From the NCBI RefSeq assembly GCF_000092105.1, contig NC_014148.1:4050001-4082000 (forward strand): DNA of 32,000 nt. Reading direction: 5' to 3'. Position 1 is the stretch's first letter. Each line of letters begins with the position of its first letter. Made by a program: the position numbers and the translations under genes. This stretch comes from Planctopirus limnophila DSM 3776 (GTDB taxonomy: Bacteria; Planctomycetota; Planctomycetia; Planctomycetales; Planctomycetaceae). Shown here one piece after another: positions 1-8,899 of the stretch. Below the pieces are notes generated by a model, which had not been told where the DNA came from, did not search any database, and saw only the letters and a list, made by a program, of their open reading frames with translations.

Positions 1-49
1 AACCCACGGGAAAGTCCCACACAAATCATGACCAGACCGGCACTTCCCA

Positions 50-784
50 TCAGCATGGCAACTCCTCCGCCTCGGCCATCCCTGCCGAAGATCGCCCGGA
101 CTTCCAGACAATGCCCACTCCAATCATCAGGAGTAACAGCCCGGCTGGCCATTCTTCATCCATGCGAAACCCGCTCTGTTCGATAGCGGGCGAATTTTCA
201 TGCATACGACCATCTGCCGAAATCATGAGGGCCGAAAACAACAGGATCGCTGCCGCCAGAGCACTGATCGTCATACGAAATCGCACCAGAATCGCAGGAG
301 ATTTCACTAGGTTCATTGAGCCCTGGGCAACTGCCGATGGAGCGTGCGATGCAACCGGAAAAAACTGCGGAGTGTTAGCAGAGACGATGTACAGCACCAT
401 CGTACCTGCCAAAGCCATCACTCCACTTTCCCAAACTTTTCCTTCCAGAAGTGTCCCTAAGGCGGCACAGATCATTCCCCCCGCCAGAAACAACAAACTG
501 ACGATTCTCGATCGAGGGGAGGCACAGCGATACGTCGCCCACGCACCCACCAGTGCCACAGTGGCGAACCAGCACAGATCAGCCGGGCGGGAAATCTCGA
601 ATGTGGAGCTTTGACCTTTAGTCAGCTCCCAAAGTATGGCCATAAGTCCCATGACGACGACCACACATCCCAGAGAACTCACCACCAGCCGACGTGACCA
701 ACTGGCAGCTCCCCACGCCAGCCCGACGACCACTGGCCAGAAGAGCTCGACTTGTTCCGTGATGTTCAAAGCCAACGAGATCAT
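50..784 (-). CDS. hypothetical polytopic membrane protein
   Basis: 244-aa ORF with about 7 helix-length hydrophobic segments (e.g. VELFWPVVVGLAWGAASW, LGCVVVVMGLMAILW, IVSLLFLAGGMICAALGTLL, ISALAAAILLFSALMI, GLLLLMIGVGIVW). No catalytic motif recognised. The opposite-strand ORF 111..614 looks like an antisense artefact. Confidence 0.5.
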   Translation of the reverse strand: MISLALNITEQVELFWPVVVGLAWGAASWSRRLVVSSLGCVVVVMGLMAILWELTKGQSSTFEISRPADLCWFATVALVGAWATYRCASPRSRIVSLLFLAGGMICAALGTLLEGKVWESGVMALAGTMVLYIVSANTPQFFPVASHAPSAVAQGSMNLVKSPAILVRFRMTISALAAAILLFSALMISADGRMHENSPAIEQSGFRMDEEWPAGLLLLMIGVGIVWKSGRSSAGMAEAEELPC

Positions 785-908
785 CTTTCCGCCCGGACTT
801 CTTTCGAAAGAACCTGATTCCGTTTACCCAGTCTTTTCCAGACTGTGATCTCGATCTGAGAAAAAACCATCGCGCACTCTCTGCAACAAATTCACCCTGA
901 TAAAAAAC

Positions 909-1811
909 TCAGAGGGGCCCTTCAGGAGCAGGCCCACCGCGCCGCCAGGCTTCTGCGGCTTGAGCACACGCTGCGATTCTTTGCCGGACGAGTTCAATCA
1001 GTTCGGCATCCTGTTGCTTGCTGTAAGCGGCAATCTCCTCGGGCAGAATGGGCTTCCCAAAGACGACACGCACCCGCCGGGGACGCAACATCAGTTTGCC
1101 TCGTGGCAGAGCGAGATTGGCTCCCGCAATCCCTGCAGGATAAACAGGGACTTTCCCGCGTCGCATCAGGGCCAGAAAACCTGGTTTCAGTGGCCCCATT
1201 TCTCCATCGACCGATCGTGTCCCCTCAGGAAAAATTCCCACTAGAAACCCCTGTTCGAGACGGTGCTGCATTTCCCTCAGGCTTCCCGCACGAGCCGCAT
1301 CTCGATCAATCGGCACCACATAAACCTTCCTTAAGAAGGCTCCCAGAAACCGCTTTTCAAACAAGGTGCTGCGCGCCAGATAGGTGACGGGCCGACTAAA
1401 CGCCAGTGGTAACAGCAAAGGATCGAGCATGCTCTGATGATTGCTCAAGATCAGCCCACCCTCTAAGTTATTGAACTGCTCCGATCCACTCACCCGGTAA
1501 CCCATCCAGGGGTAGAACACCATTCGGAAGACCATCTGGCAATAAAACCAGACCCGATGCCGCTGAACTCCAAGCGGCAACCCGGGAGGTGGAACAGGTT
1601 GTGGTTCAGCAACTTGTTGGCATGGCGCAGAAACAGCCGCCGGTTCGTTCGCCCCCGCTGCTACAGAGGCTGCTGGCTCATGATTGACCACATCGTTAGG
1701 AGTGGTCGAGGGAAGACCGGTATTGTCCACGCTCACGTCTTTCTTCGTCGATTCTGGCAAATAAACTAGGCTGGCCATCAATCTCAAGTGGAAAACATGC
1801 TGTCCAACCAC
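909..1811 (-). CDS. plsC: lysophospholipid (1-acyl-sn-glycerol-3-phosphate) acyltransferase, PlsC/AGPAT family
   Basis: Has the H(X)4D acyltransferase motif (NHQSMLDP), the FPEGTRS motif and the VPVYPAGIAG block in the order typical of the PlsC family. It also carries a roughly 90-aa low-complexity Pro/Ala-rich N-terminal extension. Confidence 0.85.
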   Translation of the reverse strand: MVGQHVFHLRLMASLVYLPESTKKDVSVDNTGLPSTTPNDVVNHEPAASVAAGANEPAAVSAPCQQVAEPQPVPPPGLPLGVQRHRVWFYCQMVFRMVFYPWMGYRVSGSEQFNNLEGGLILSNHQSMLDPLLLPLAFSRPVTYLARSTLFEKRFLGAFLRKVYVVPIDRDAARAGSLREMQHRLEQGFLVGIFPEGTRSVDGEMGPLKPGFLALMRRGKVPVYPAGIAGANLALPRGKLMLRPRRVRVVFGKPILPEEIAAYSKQQDAELIELVRQRIAACAQAAEAWRRGGPAPEGPL

Positions 1812-1993
1812 CGAGAATCAATTCGCCAGAACAGTAACAGAACTCGGGTTGTGTCGAAATCCCTTTGGATTCATAGTCTCAGGACAACGGCATTCATTTC
1901 TCGCAGGCAGAATTGGCAATTCCCACTGGCCCGGCAATCATGCTCTATTCACCCATCGAATCGCAGCCATCGAACTTCAAGAGGCAGACCGGT

Positions 1994-2818
1994 ATGTCTT
2001 CGTCGATCACGTCTTATCTGCGGCTGTTACTTGTTCACATCGTTCTGATAGGTGTCATCCTGACAGGTGGCGGCTGGTGCCAACTCTTACCAGCCACTCT
2101 CGCACAATCCGGCGGAACTGTTGCCAGCGAGAATGAATCTGCCAACTCTCCGAGTGCCCTCGACCCGCAGGAAAATGGGCTTGCAGAAGGACGCTCGACG
2201 TTCTGGTGGTTGATCGAAACTTCCGGCTGGATTGGTCTGGCACTCTTGATTATTTCCCTCTATTTCGTCGCCAAAGTCACACAGTGCTTCCTCGAGTTGC
2301 GAGAGTCCGTCCTCATGCCGCCCAAGTTTGTGGCCAGATGCCATCAACTGATTGCGGAGCGGGAATTCACCACGCTGCTGGCGACTGCCAAGGCAGAAAA
2401 TTCTGAGATTGGCCGCGTACTGACCACTGCCTTCTCTGGTTTATCCATTGGCATCGCCGAAGCGCGTGAAGCGGTGGATCGTGGTGCCGACACACTGGCC
2501 GTTAACCTGGAAACCAAAATCAGCATGCTGGCCGTGATCGGTTCTTTAGGCCCGATGATTGGTCTGCTGGGCACGCTCAAGGGGATGATCTCCAGCTTTT
2601 CGGTCATTGCGCTTTCCGATCAACAGATGAAAGCCAGTGCCGTCGCCGGCGGAATCTCGGAAGCACTGATTCTCACCTTCGAAGGAGTCGCCCTTTCAGT
2701 CCCCGCGATTTACTTCTTTGCGTTTTTTCGCAATCGAGTCGCCAACCTGACAGTCGCTGTCCAGAACACTGCCGATGAAATCGTCAAACGAGTTTATCTC
2801 GCTGCCAAAAACAACTGA
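1994..2818 (+). CDS. exbB: MotA/TolQ/ExbB family proton-channel protein
   Basis: The C-terminal half has the family signature (LAVIGSLGPMIGLLGTLKGMISSF ... GGISEALILTFEGVALSVPAIYFFAFF), three TM segments and a signal-like N-terminus MSSSITSYLRLLLVHIVLIGV. The ORF is open from 1913; ATG at 1994 is preferred but the start is uncertain. Confidence 0.85.
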   Translation: MSSSITSYLRLLLVHIVLIGVILTGGGWCQLLPATLAQSGGTVASENESANSPSALDPQENGLAEGRSTFWWLIETSGWIGLALLIISLYFVAKVTQCFLELRESVLMPPKFVARCHQLIAEREFTTLLATAKAENSEIGRVLTTAFSGLSIGIAEAREAVDRGADTLAVNLETKISMLAVIGSLGPMIGLLGTLKGMISSFSVIALSDQQMKASAVAGGISEALILTFEGVALSVPAIYFFAFFRNRVANLTVAVQNTADEIVKRVYLAAKNN

Positions 2819-2869
2819 TTCAGTCCCTGAGCATCCTTCGCACCCAGATTCTTCAGGAACAGATCCACC

Positions 2870-3391
2870 ATGCCCATTCAGCGCCATGCTCACGGCTCGG
2901 AGATGAATCTAGAGCCCAATCTGACACCACTGCTTGATCTCGTGTTTCAACTCATCACGTTCTTCATGCTCGTGATCAATTTCAAAGGAGCATCTCTCGA
3001 TTTAAGCCTGAAACTCCCTGTTCTGGGCTCAGCCAGGCCCATTGAATGGAAAAAAGGAACAGAGCCCATCGTGATCAATCTTCGCAGCGATGGGACTGCC
3101 CAGGTTTACGGCGAACCCATCGATCCTGCCGAGTTTTTCGCAGCCATGGCTCGACAAGTCTCCAATGCTAAAAATCCCGATGCAGAGGCCGAAAGCCGAC
3201 CTGTCATTCTCCGTGCGGATGAGCGGGTTCCTTTCTCGCGGATCAACGAACTGATGACTCTCAGCCGTGAACATGGATTTGAGAATTTCGCACTCAGTGC
3301 CATGGTACCTTCCGCTCAGACTGGCCCTGGAAATCGTTCCAAGTCTGTTCCAAAGGTACCCGCAACCAGAGAGCCAGGAGGTTCACCATGA
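2870..3391 (+). CDS. exbD: ExbD/TolR family biopolymer transport protein
   Basis: N-terminal signature NLTPLLDLVFQLITFFMLV (single TM with conserved Asp) followed by a periplasmic domain (VILRADERVPFSRINELM). Lies directly downstream of exbB. Confidence 0.85.
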   Translation: MPIQRHAHGSEMNLEPNLTPLLDLVFQLITFFMLVINFKGASLDLSLKLPVLGSARPIEWKKGTEPIVINLRSDGTAQVYGEPIDPAEFFAAMARQVSNAKNPDAEAESRPVILRADERVPFSRINELMTLSREHGFENFALSAMVPSAQTGPGNRSKSVPKVPATREPGGSP

Positions 3392-3900
3392 GGCATCGGA
3401 ATCGATTCTCTCACGGAAATGTGGAACTCAACATGGCCGCCATGCTCGACATGGCGTTTCAACTTCTGGCATTCTTTATTCTCACCTTCACACCGTCGCC
3501 CATCGAAGGACAGTTCGCACTCAAACTGCCACCCCCTGTAGCGCAAACGCAACCTGAGACTTTGACTCCCGCCAGCAATGATGCCGAAGCGATGCTCGAT
3601 CTGCAGGCGATCCATCTCACGTTACTGGCCAATCCCGAAGGCCGATTGAACGCAGTTCTGCTGGAAGATCAACCGCTGTTCCAGGGCGACTGGACACCCC
3701 AGCAAGCGACACTCCTGAACAATCAGCTGAAAGAGATCTTTCAAACACCAGATTCTCCCTTTCACCAGATTCAGATCATCTCGGACAAAACTCTGCACTA
3801 CGGAGACATGATGAAAGTCGTGGAAGTCGTTTCCCGACAGAAACTGGCCAATGGCAAATATCTGCGGGAAATTGGATTTAGCGAACGAAACACCAGATAA
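3388..3900 (+). CDS. exbD: ExbD/TolR family biopolymer transport protein (second paralog)
   Basis: NMAAMLDMAFQLLAFFILTF TM signature, then IQIISDKTLHYGDMMKVVEV periplasmic block. Its ATG overlaps the upstream stop (ATGA, 3388-3391), indicating translational coupling. Confidence 0.8.
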   Translation: MRHRNRFSHGNVELNMAAMLDMAFQLLAFFILTFTPSPIEGQFALKLPPPVAQTQPETLTPASNDAEAMLDLQAIHLTLLANPEGRLNAVLLEDQPLFQGDWTPQQATLLNNQLKEIFQTPDSPFHQIQIISDKTLHYGDMMKVVEVVSRQKLANGKYLREIGFSERNTR

Positions 3901-3955
3901 TGAATTGGTTTCTCAATGGACCAGCGGATCGATTCAGCGCTTGAGTGGATGGAAC

Positions 3956-5137
3956 ATGGCACGTCGAACAAGAGTCAGACCCTTTGGGGCCGGCATACCA
4001 GCGGGGCGAACCCTTTCGCTGGTGCTCCTCTTGTTCATTGTCGGTCTCTGCGTACTACGCGCCAGGCAGCCCGGGTTCTGGACATGGCTCGCCATCGATG
4101 ATTCCCGCCAGTTAGTTCTCACTGACCACGATCTTCCACAAAACCAGTTTCACACAACGGTCAAAGCCCACAAAGCATCCGCTGAAACCGGTCCAGCTTC
4201 TCAGGTGATCAACAACACCCTACCCGACGAATGGTCGAGCTTCTCAAACGAGGCTCAACCCATCGAAGATCGGCAGGCTCTGCAACAAGTCGATATGCCC
4301 GCCTATTGGAGATTAATGAGCTGGACCAAAAGTGAATCATTTCTCGATCTGCTCCAGCGTGCCAATCCGCAGGTCCTCTTCGTGAATCTCTGGGAAGAAC
4401 CGCAGGTTCACCGGGGCCAGCCTGTCCGGCTCCGGCTCAATGTCCGCCGCGTCCTTTCCTATCAGGCGGGTGAGAACAACCTGGGGATTACTCAACTCTA
4501 TGAGGCTTGGGGTTGGACGACAGACTCGAAATCGTTTCCTTACGTCGTGGTCTTCCCCGAATTGCCGGCCGGCCTCCCTTTAGGTGCTGATGTCAACGCC
4601 GAGGTCGAGTTCGCTGGCTACTTCCTGAAGGTCATGGCCTACGATGCTTATGAAACTCGCCGCGGGGCCCCTTTACTGATTGGGCAACTTCGCCTGCTCC
4701 AACCCACAGCAACTAATTCTCCTACATGGCCCAAGCCACGAGAAATGATTCTATGGGCAGTTGGCATATTTGCGGCTATCGGTCTTGCCATCGCATTCGG
4801 GATACGCCAGTTCCGCCAGAGTCATCCGTCACTGCCAGTGATCACCACTTCCAACAACAGCGAGACAATTCGGCCCAGTCTTGTGGAGCAGACCGAAGCT
4901 CCAACAGTTTCAACTCCACCAACGTTCGAGAATCAGCTCACACAAATACCTCAAGAAAGAAGCTCATCCACGGAATTGAACAATACGCTGACACCATTGC
5001 CAGACGCAGAGAAAACGCCCTCGGCCTCGAACGATCAGGCGTGGTTCAATGTGTCCGATTCGACCGCTCAAACTTCCGGTGGAATTGATCTCTTCGCTCA
5101 GCCGTCAAGGCCCAAACCTCCATCCGCTGAGAGATAA
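3956..5137 (+). CDS. hypothetical two-TM membrane protein with Ser/Thr/Pro-rich C-terminal tail
   Basis: The ORF is open from 3851, but that extension overlaps exbD2. ATG at 3956 gives a basic N-terminus plus TM (MARRTRVRPFGAGIPAGRTLSLVLLLFIVGLCVL). A roughly 270-aa domain follows, then a second TM (ILWAVGIFAAIGLAIAFGI) and a disordered S/T/P/Q tail. No family recognised. Confidence 0.55.
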   Translation: MARRTRVRPFGAGIPAGRTLSLVLLLFIVGLCVLRARQPGFWTWLAIDDSRQLVLTDHDLPQNQFHTTVKAHKASAETGPASQVINNTLPDEWSSFSNEAQPIEDRQALQQVDMPAYWRLMSWTKSESFLDLLQRANPQVLFVNLWEEPQVHRGQPVRLRLNVRRVLSYQAGENNLGITQLYEAWGWTTDSKSFPYVVVFPELPAGLPLGADVNAEVEFAGYFLKVMAYDAYETRRGAPLLIGQLRLLQPTATNSPTWPKPREMILWAVGIFAAIGLAIAFGIRQFRQSHPSLPVITTSNNSETIRPSLVEQTEAPTVSTPPTFENQLTQIPQERSSSTELNNTLTPLPDAEKTPSASNDQAWFNVSDSTAQTSGGIDLFAQPSRPKPPSAER

Positions 5138-5138
5138 T

Positions 5139-5170
5139 CTGTCGCTCGCTGTCTATCGAAAGAGCGACAG
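5139..5170. terminator. possible bidirectional hairpin between convergent genes
   Basis: 9-bp perfect stem ctgtcgctc (5139-5147) / gagcgacag (5162-5170) with a 14-nt loop. It sits between the stop at 5137 (+) and the stop at 5204 (-). There is no clear U-tract on either strand, so the call is weak. Confidence 0.3.
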
Positions 5171-5203
5171 TAAGCCGAAACGAATTTCTTGCCAGGCATT
5201 TCG

Positions 5204-6958
5204 TCATGCTTCCGGCGGATCATCATCCATCAAGTCGAAATCATCACCAAACAACAGCAGTTGAGACTCGGCCCTGATCGATTGGGGGGCTTTGAGTTTT
5301 CGCCGGGCCACCAGAGTTGATGAATCTTCTCTCTGAGGATCGGCACGGAGATTCATCGATCTCAACATCTGCCGGATCTCTTCCATCCGATCTGCCTGCA
5401 GTGGTGTCTTATCTTTTCGCCAGCGGAGCATGCGAGGAAATCGCACGGCAATCCCGGATTTATGCCGGGGCGACTCCTGAAGACTTTCAAAGCCAATTTC
5501 AAACACCAGCTCAGCCTTCACACTGCAAACCGGGCCAAATTTCTCAATGGCATGTTCGCGAACAAACTTGTCCACTTCCCGCATTTCATCATCGGTCAAA
5601 CCCGAATACGCCTTGGCGAACGGTACCAGCACATTCCCTTCCCAGACAGCAAATGTATAATCGCTGTAAAGACTGGCCCTTCGCCCATGACCCCGCTGGG
5701 CATAGACGAGCACGGCATCAATCGTCATCGGTTCGATCTTCCACTTCCACCAGTCACCACGCACTCGACCAGCCTGATAAGTCGAACTCTTTCGCTTGAG
5801 CATTAAGCCTTCGACACCTCGCTCCCGGCTCGTAGCCCGCACATTCGCCATCTCTTCCCAGCTCGATTCGTGAATGAGTGGTGCCAACTGCAATCGAGTA
5901 AGCGGCAACCCCTCAAACAGTTTCTCCAGTAACTCCCTGCGGCGCACTAAAGGCTCATTTCTCAGGTCTTGCCCTTTGTGCTCTAACAAGTCGAAAATCA
6001 TCATTCCCGCAGGAACATCCTGCTGCAGTTTCTTCCCGACGGTCTTCCTGCCAATCCGCCTCTGCAGTTGTGAGAATGGTTGAAGCTGTCCTTCCTTGAT
6101 GATCAGAATCTCTCCATCCAGCACCGTTCCCAAAGGCAACTGCTCAATCTCAGGAATCAACTCCGGGAAAGCCTCGGTAATCAACTCCTCACCGCGCGAC
6201 CAGATGAAGACCTCACCACCGTCGAAACCCATGACCTGTCGATGGATCACCTGCGCTCGAATCCCATCCCACTTCCACTCAACCTGCCAATCGGAGGTCG
6301 CACCCAGCGTTTGAATTTCGTCCTCCAAAGGGTAAGCCAGACAGAACGGATAGGGCTGACTGATATTCAGCTCCTGCCCTTCCGGCTCGATCAAGGCGCG
6401 ATAGTTTTCTGCTGTCGGCTGCCAGTTTCCCATCAGGCGATGAGATAAAATGGGTACTGCTATCCCTGTCACTTGAGAGATCGCCCGCACAATCAGTTGC
6501 TGCGAAACCCCGACACGAAAACCGCCCGTTATCAGCTTGTTCCAGACAAACCGTTCAGTCGTGCCCAGCGATCTCCAGGCGTGCTTGAGCATCAATTTCT
6601 GTTCAGATTCGCCGGCATTGCGCAGTTTGAGAAGTACTTGAGTAATCCACCATGAAAAGGGTCGATCCTCACTCTCCTGAGGTGGCGGAAGCAGCAGCGC
6701 AATCGTCTCGGCCAGATCACCCACCGCTTCATAGCATTCAGCGAACAACCACTCAGGAAGTTCAGCCAGTTCGGCTGCCCAGAGCCTCAGACGCTTCACC
6801 GGAACAGGCTGCGCCGGGCGATGGCCACTCAAAAACCAAACGGCCCAAGCGGCATCGACTGGCTCTGCCTGGGCAAAATATCTCTCCAGTGCGGCTAACT
6901 TCTCGCTGGTGCGTGTCGTCGCATCCAGTTCTTTGAAAAGTTGAGAAAAGCGGCGCAT
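5204..6958 (-). CDS. ATP-dependent DNA ligase (bacterial Lig/'damage-response' type)
   Basis: Adenylation motif I KxDG (EWKWDGIRAQ), LDGEILI (motif III region), MIFDLLE (motif IV), EGLMLKRKSSTYQAGRVRGDWWKWK (motif V) and an OB-fold block IDAVLVYAQRGHGRRASLYSDYTFAVWE. About 50 extra C-terminal residues (see findings). Confidence 0.9.
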   Translation of the reverse strand: MRRFSQLFKELDATTRTSEKLAALERYFAQAEPVDAAWAVWFLSGHRPAQPVPVKRLRLWAAELAELPEWLFAECYEAVGDLAETIALLLPPPQESEDRPFSWWITQVLLKLRNAGESEQKLMLKHAWRSLGTTERFVWNKLITGGFRVGVSQQLIVRAISQVTGIAVPILSHRLMGNWQPTAENYRALIEPEGQELNISQPYPFCLAYPLEDEIQTLGATSDWQVEWKWDGIRAQVIHRQVMGFDGGEVFIWSRGEELITEAFPELIPEIEQLPLGTVLDGEILIIKEGQLQPFSQLQRRIGRKTVGKKLQQDVPAGMMIFDLLEHKGQDLRNEPLVRRRELLEKLFEGLPLTRLQLAPLIHESSWEEMANVRATSRERGVEGLMLKRKSSTYQAGRVRGDWWKWKIEPMTIDAVLVYAQRGHGRRASLYSDYTFAVWEGNVLVPFAKAYSGLTDDEMREVDKFVREHAIEKFGPVCSVKAELVFEIGFESLQESPRHKSGIAVRFPRMLRWRKDKTPLQADRMEEIRQMLRSMNLRADPQREDSSTLVARRKLKAPQSIRAESQLLLFGDDFDLMDDDPPEA

Positions 6959-7044
6959 CCCCTGTCCTTCACCAGATCAGCGTGGTTGCTCAATTCTAGC
7001 AGCACCACAGATCGAGAACAGAGAGATAGAAATCTACATGAGTT

Positions 7045-7965
7045 TTACAGCGCGCCGCTCCCTGTCAGCACCACGCGAACAGTTCGCAGGAGAATCTTGA
7101 AATCATTCCAGATCGAGCAGTTCTGCAGATACAGCAGATCGAGATTCACCTTGCGGCGAAAGCTTTCAATATCATTGTCGTAACCGTTGATCACCTGTGC
7201 CAGGCCGGTCAGTCCGGGCTTAAGCCCCAGTCGATTGATGTAGTTGGGAATCTCAGCTGAGAGCTTTTCGATGAATTCCGGCCGCTCAGGACGTGGCCCA
7301 ACAAGTGACATTTCGCCCTTGAGCACATTCCATAACTGAGGCAGTTCATCAAGGCGGGTTTTCCGCATGAACCGTCCCGCCGGTGTCACTCGAGGATCAC
7401 CCTGAACTGCAAACTGGGCACCATTTTTCTCAGCGTCTGTGCGCATTGTGCGAAACTTATAAAGCGTAAACGGCTTTCCGTACCCATCTTCTTTCCGACG
7501 GTTGTTCTCAGGATGACGTCGTTCAACACCCGGCGGAAGAGCCGCTTGCCTTTGATTGCGGCGATCACGACGCCCCGACTTCCGCTGATTCAATCCCACG
7601 CGCGTCTGGCAGAAGATAATCGGCCCAGGAGAAGAAACTCGAACAAGGATGGCTGCCAGCACCATCAGCGGAGCGGTCGCAGCGATTAATACCAGTGCTC
7701 CCACAATGTCCATTATCCGCTTGGCCAGGCGCGTCCCTTCGCTGAGACACCTCGTACTTCGACGGGTTTTTTCCAGCTTCAGTTGTGTCAACCATTGGGG
7801 AGGAATTGTCGAATCATCAGCCACGTACTGATCATACAAATCCGCAAAATCGCTTCCTGCATGATCATCCCGTTCTCTGGCCGACGGATTTGGCAGAGTG
7901 GTCGAGATCTGATCTTGAGGAGTCGCAATGGTGGACAGTGGCTTCTCGAGAATTGTCGCGCTCAT
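7045..7965 (-). CDS. polyprenyl-phosphate sugar phosphotransferase (bacterial sugar transferase, WbaP/WcaJ C-terminal domain family)
   Basis: RIMDIVGALVLIAATAPLMVLAAILVRVSSPGPIIFCQTRVG ... FTLYKFRTM ... DELPQLWNVLKGEMSLVGPRP ... LKPGLTGLAQV. All canonical blocks of the family are present. Confidence 0.9.
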   Translation of the reverse strand: MSATILEKPLSTIATPQDQISTTLPNPSARERDDHAGSDFADLYDQYVADDSTIPPQWLTQLKLEKTRRSTRCLSEGTRLAKRIMDIVGALVLIAATAPLMVLAAILVRVSSPGPIIFCQTRVGLNQRKSGRRDRRNQRQAALPPGVERRHPENNRRKEDGYGKPFTLYKFRTMRTDAEKNGAQFAVQGDPRVTPAGRFMRKTRLDELPQLWNVLKGEMSLVGPRPERPEFIEKLSAEIPNYINRLGLKPGLTGLAQVINGYDNDIESFRRKVNLDLLYLQNCSIWNDFKILLRTVRVVLTGSGAL

Positions 7966-8174
7966 GGCATCGGCACCTGGCCTTGATTTCTGATCAAGGC
8001 ACCTGCTGAAACAAGGGAATGTCAGCCATTCGAATCCCGTACGAATGGGCCAAAGCTCTCTGGCAGAGCCTGTGTTTTCGTATCGAGCTTACGTCGCATG
8101 ATCGCCGCAGGAGGCCATCTCATTGCCGATCTCCAGAGGCTCGTCGTGGTTCTTTGGCCACCTGGCGCGGTTGT

Positions 8175-8206
8175 ACCAGCATGTGGCCATTTCGCCACAT
8201 GCTGGT
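8175..8206. other. 13-bp perfect stem hairpin in long intergenic region
   Basis: accagcatgtggc (8175-8187) / gccacatgctggt (8194-8206) with a 6-nt loop. No adjacent U-tract. Function unknown. Confidence 0.4.
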
Positions 8207-8899
8207 GAAGCGTGGTCATCAGATCCGCTCGTGAATCAATCATTGATTTCAAAAGGGCTGGAAAGCCACCCGGCACAGCCAGTTGTTCAGCGATTGATAC
8301 AAAGTGTAAAGAATCGCGATAAGCAACAGAATCACTTTTATCGCTACAACCACTACAATCAAACCTGCATCACTCTCGCAAATTCCTCGTAACCACAATG
8401 AGGGCTGAGTGTTACAGCACGAGGCCCGTTTGTAGCGATTGCAGCGATTATAGCAGTGGCACGGCCTGTGCTGATTGTAGTGCCATCGGGGCTGATAACG
8501 CCCTGTCTGTGTGACGAGCGTGTGATGGAGACCTGAGACCTCCGGAATCACGCCTTGAGATGCATGCCTTCCGCGTCTGTGGCAAGCGTGGAAGGCTTCC
8601 GGCCGCCAGGAGTCTGGGGCGGCACAACGGGCTTTCATCACTTTCGTGAACTGTAGTGAAGAGAGCACGTGCCCCAGACCCTGCGGCGTGCTGGAACCAA
8701 CCGCCAGCCTGACATCGAGTCATCACACCAAGACCAATAAACGCCACGACTTCGATCAATGACGACCAGTCAGCCCATAACGACTCTTTGAAAGTCAGGC
8801 CTGTCTGGATTGCACCATACATCACTCACGACCTGAGAGTCGTGCTCTGCCCATGAACGAACTGAAGGATTGTGTTTTCCCCTATTTGCCACGAGAGGA

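Noticed and set aside
3851-3955. N-terminal extension of the 428-aa ORF
   Set aside because: The extension overlaps the 3' end of exbD2 by 50 nt and encodes no plausible signal. The internal ATG at 3956 gives a typical basic-plus-TM N-terminus.
8440-8545. Cobalamin-riboswitch-like fragments (GGAGACCTG resembling the B12 box; CAGTGGC as the reverse complement of GCCACUG)
   Set aside because: The two fragments lie on opposite strands, the rest of the conserved core is absent, and neither flanking gene is B12-related.
8249-8825. 139-aa and 125-aa minus-strand ORFs (8249..8668, 8448..8825) as real genes
   Set aside because: They overlap each other in different frames, are rich in Arg/Cys/His/Ser and show no family resemblance. 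They are treated as non-coding, apart from the short hydrophobic tail noted in the findings.
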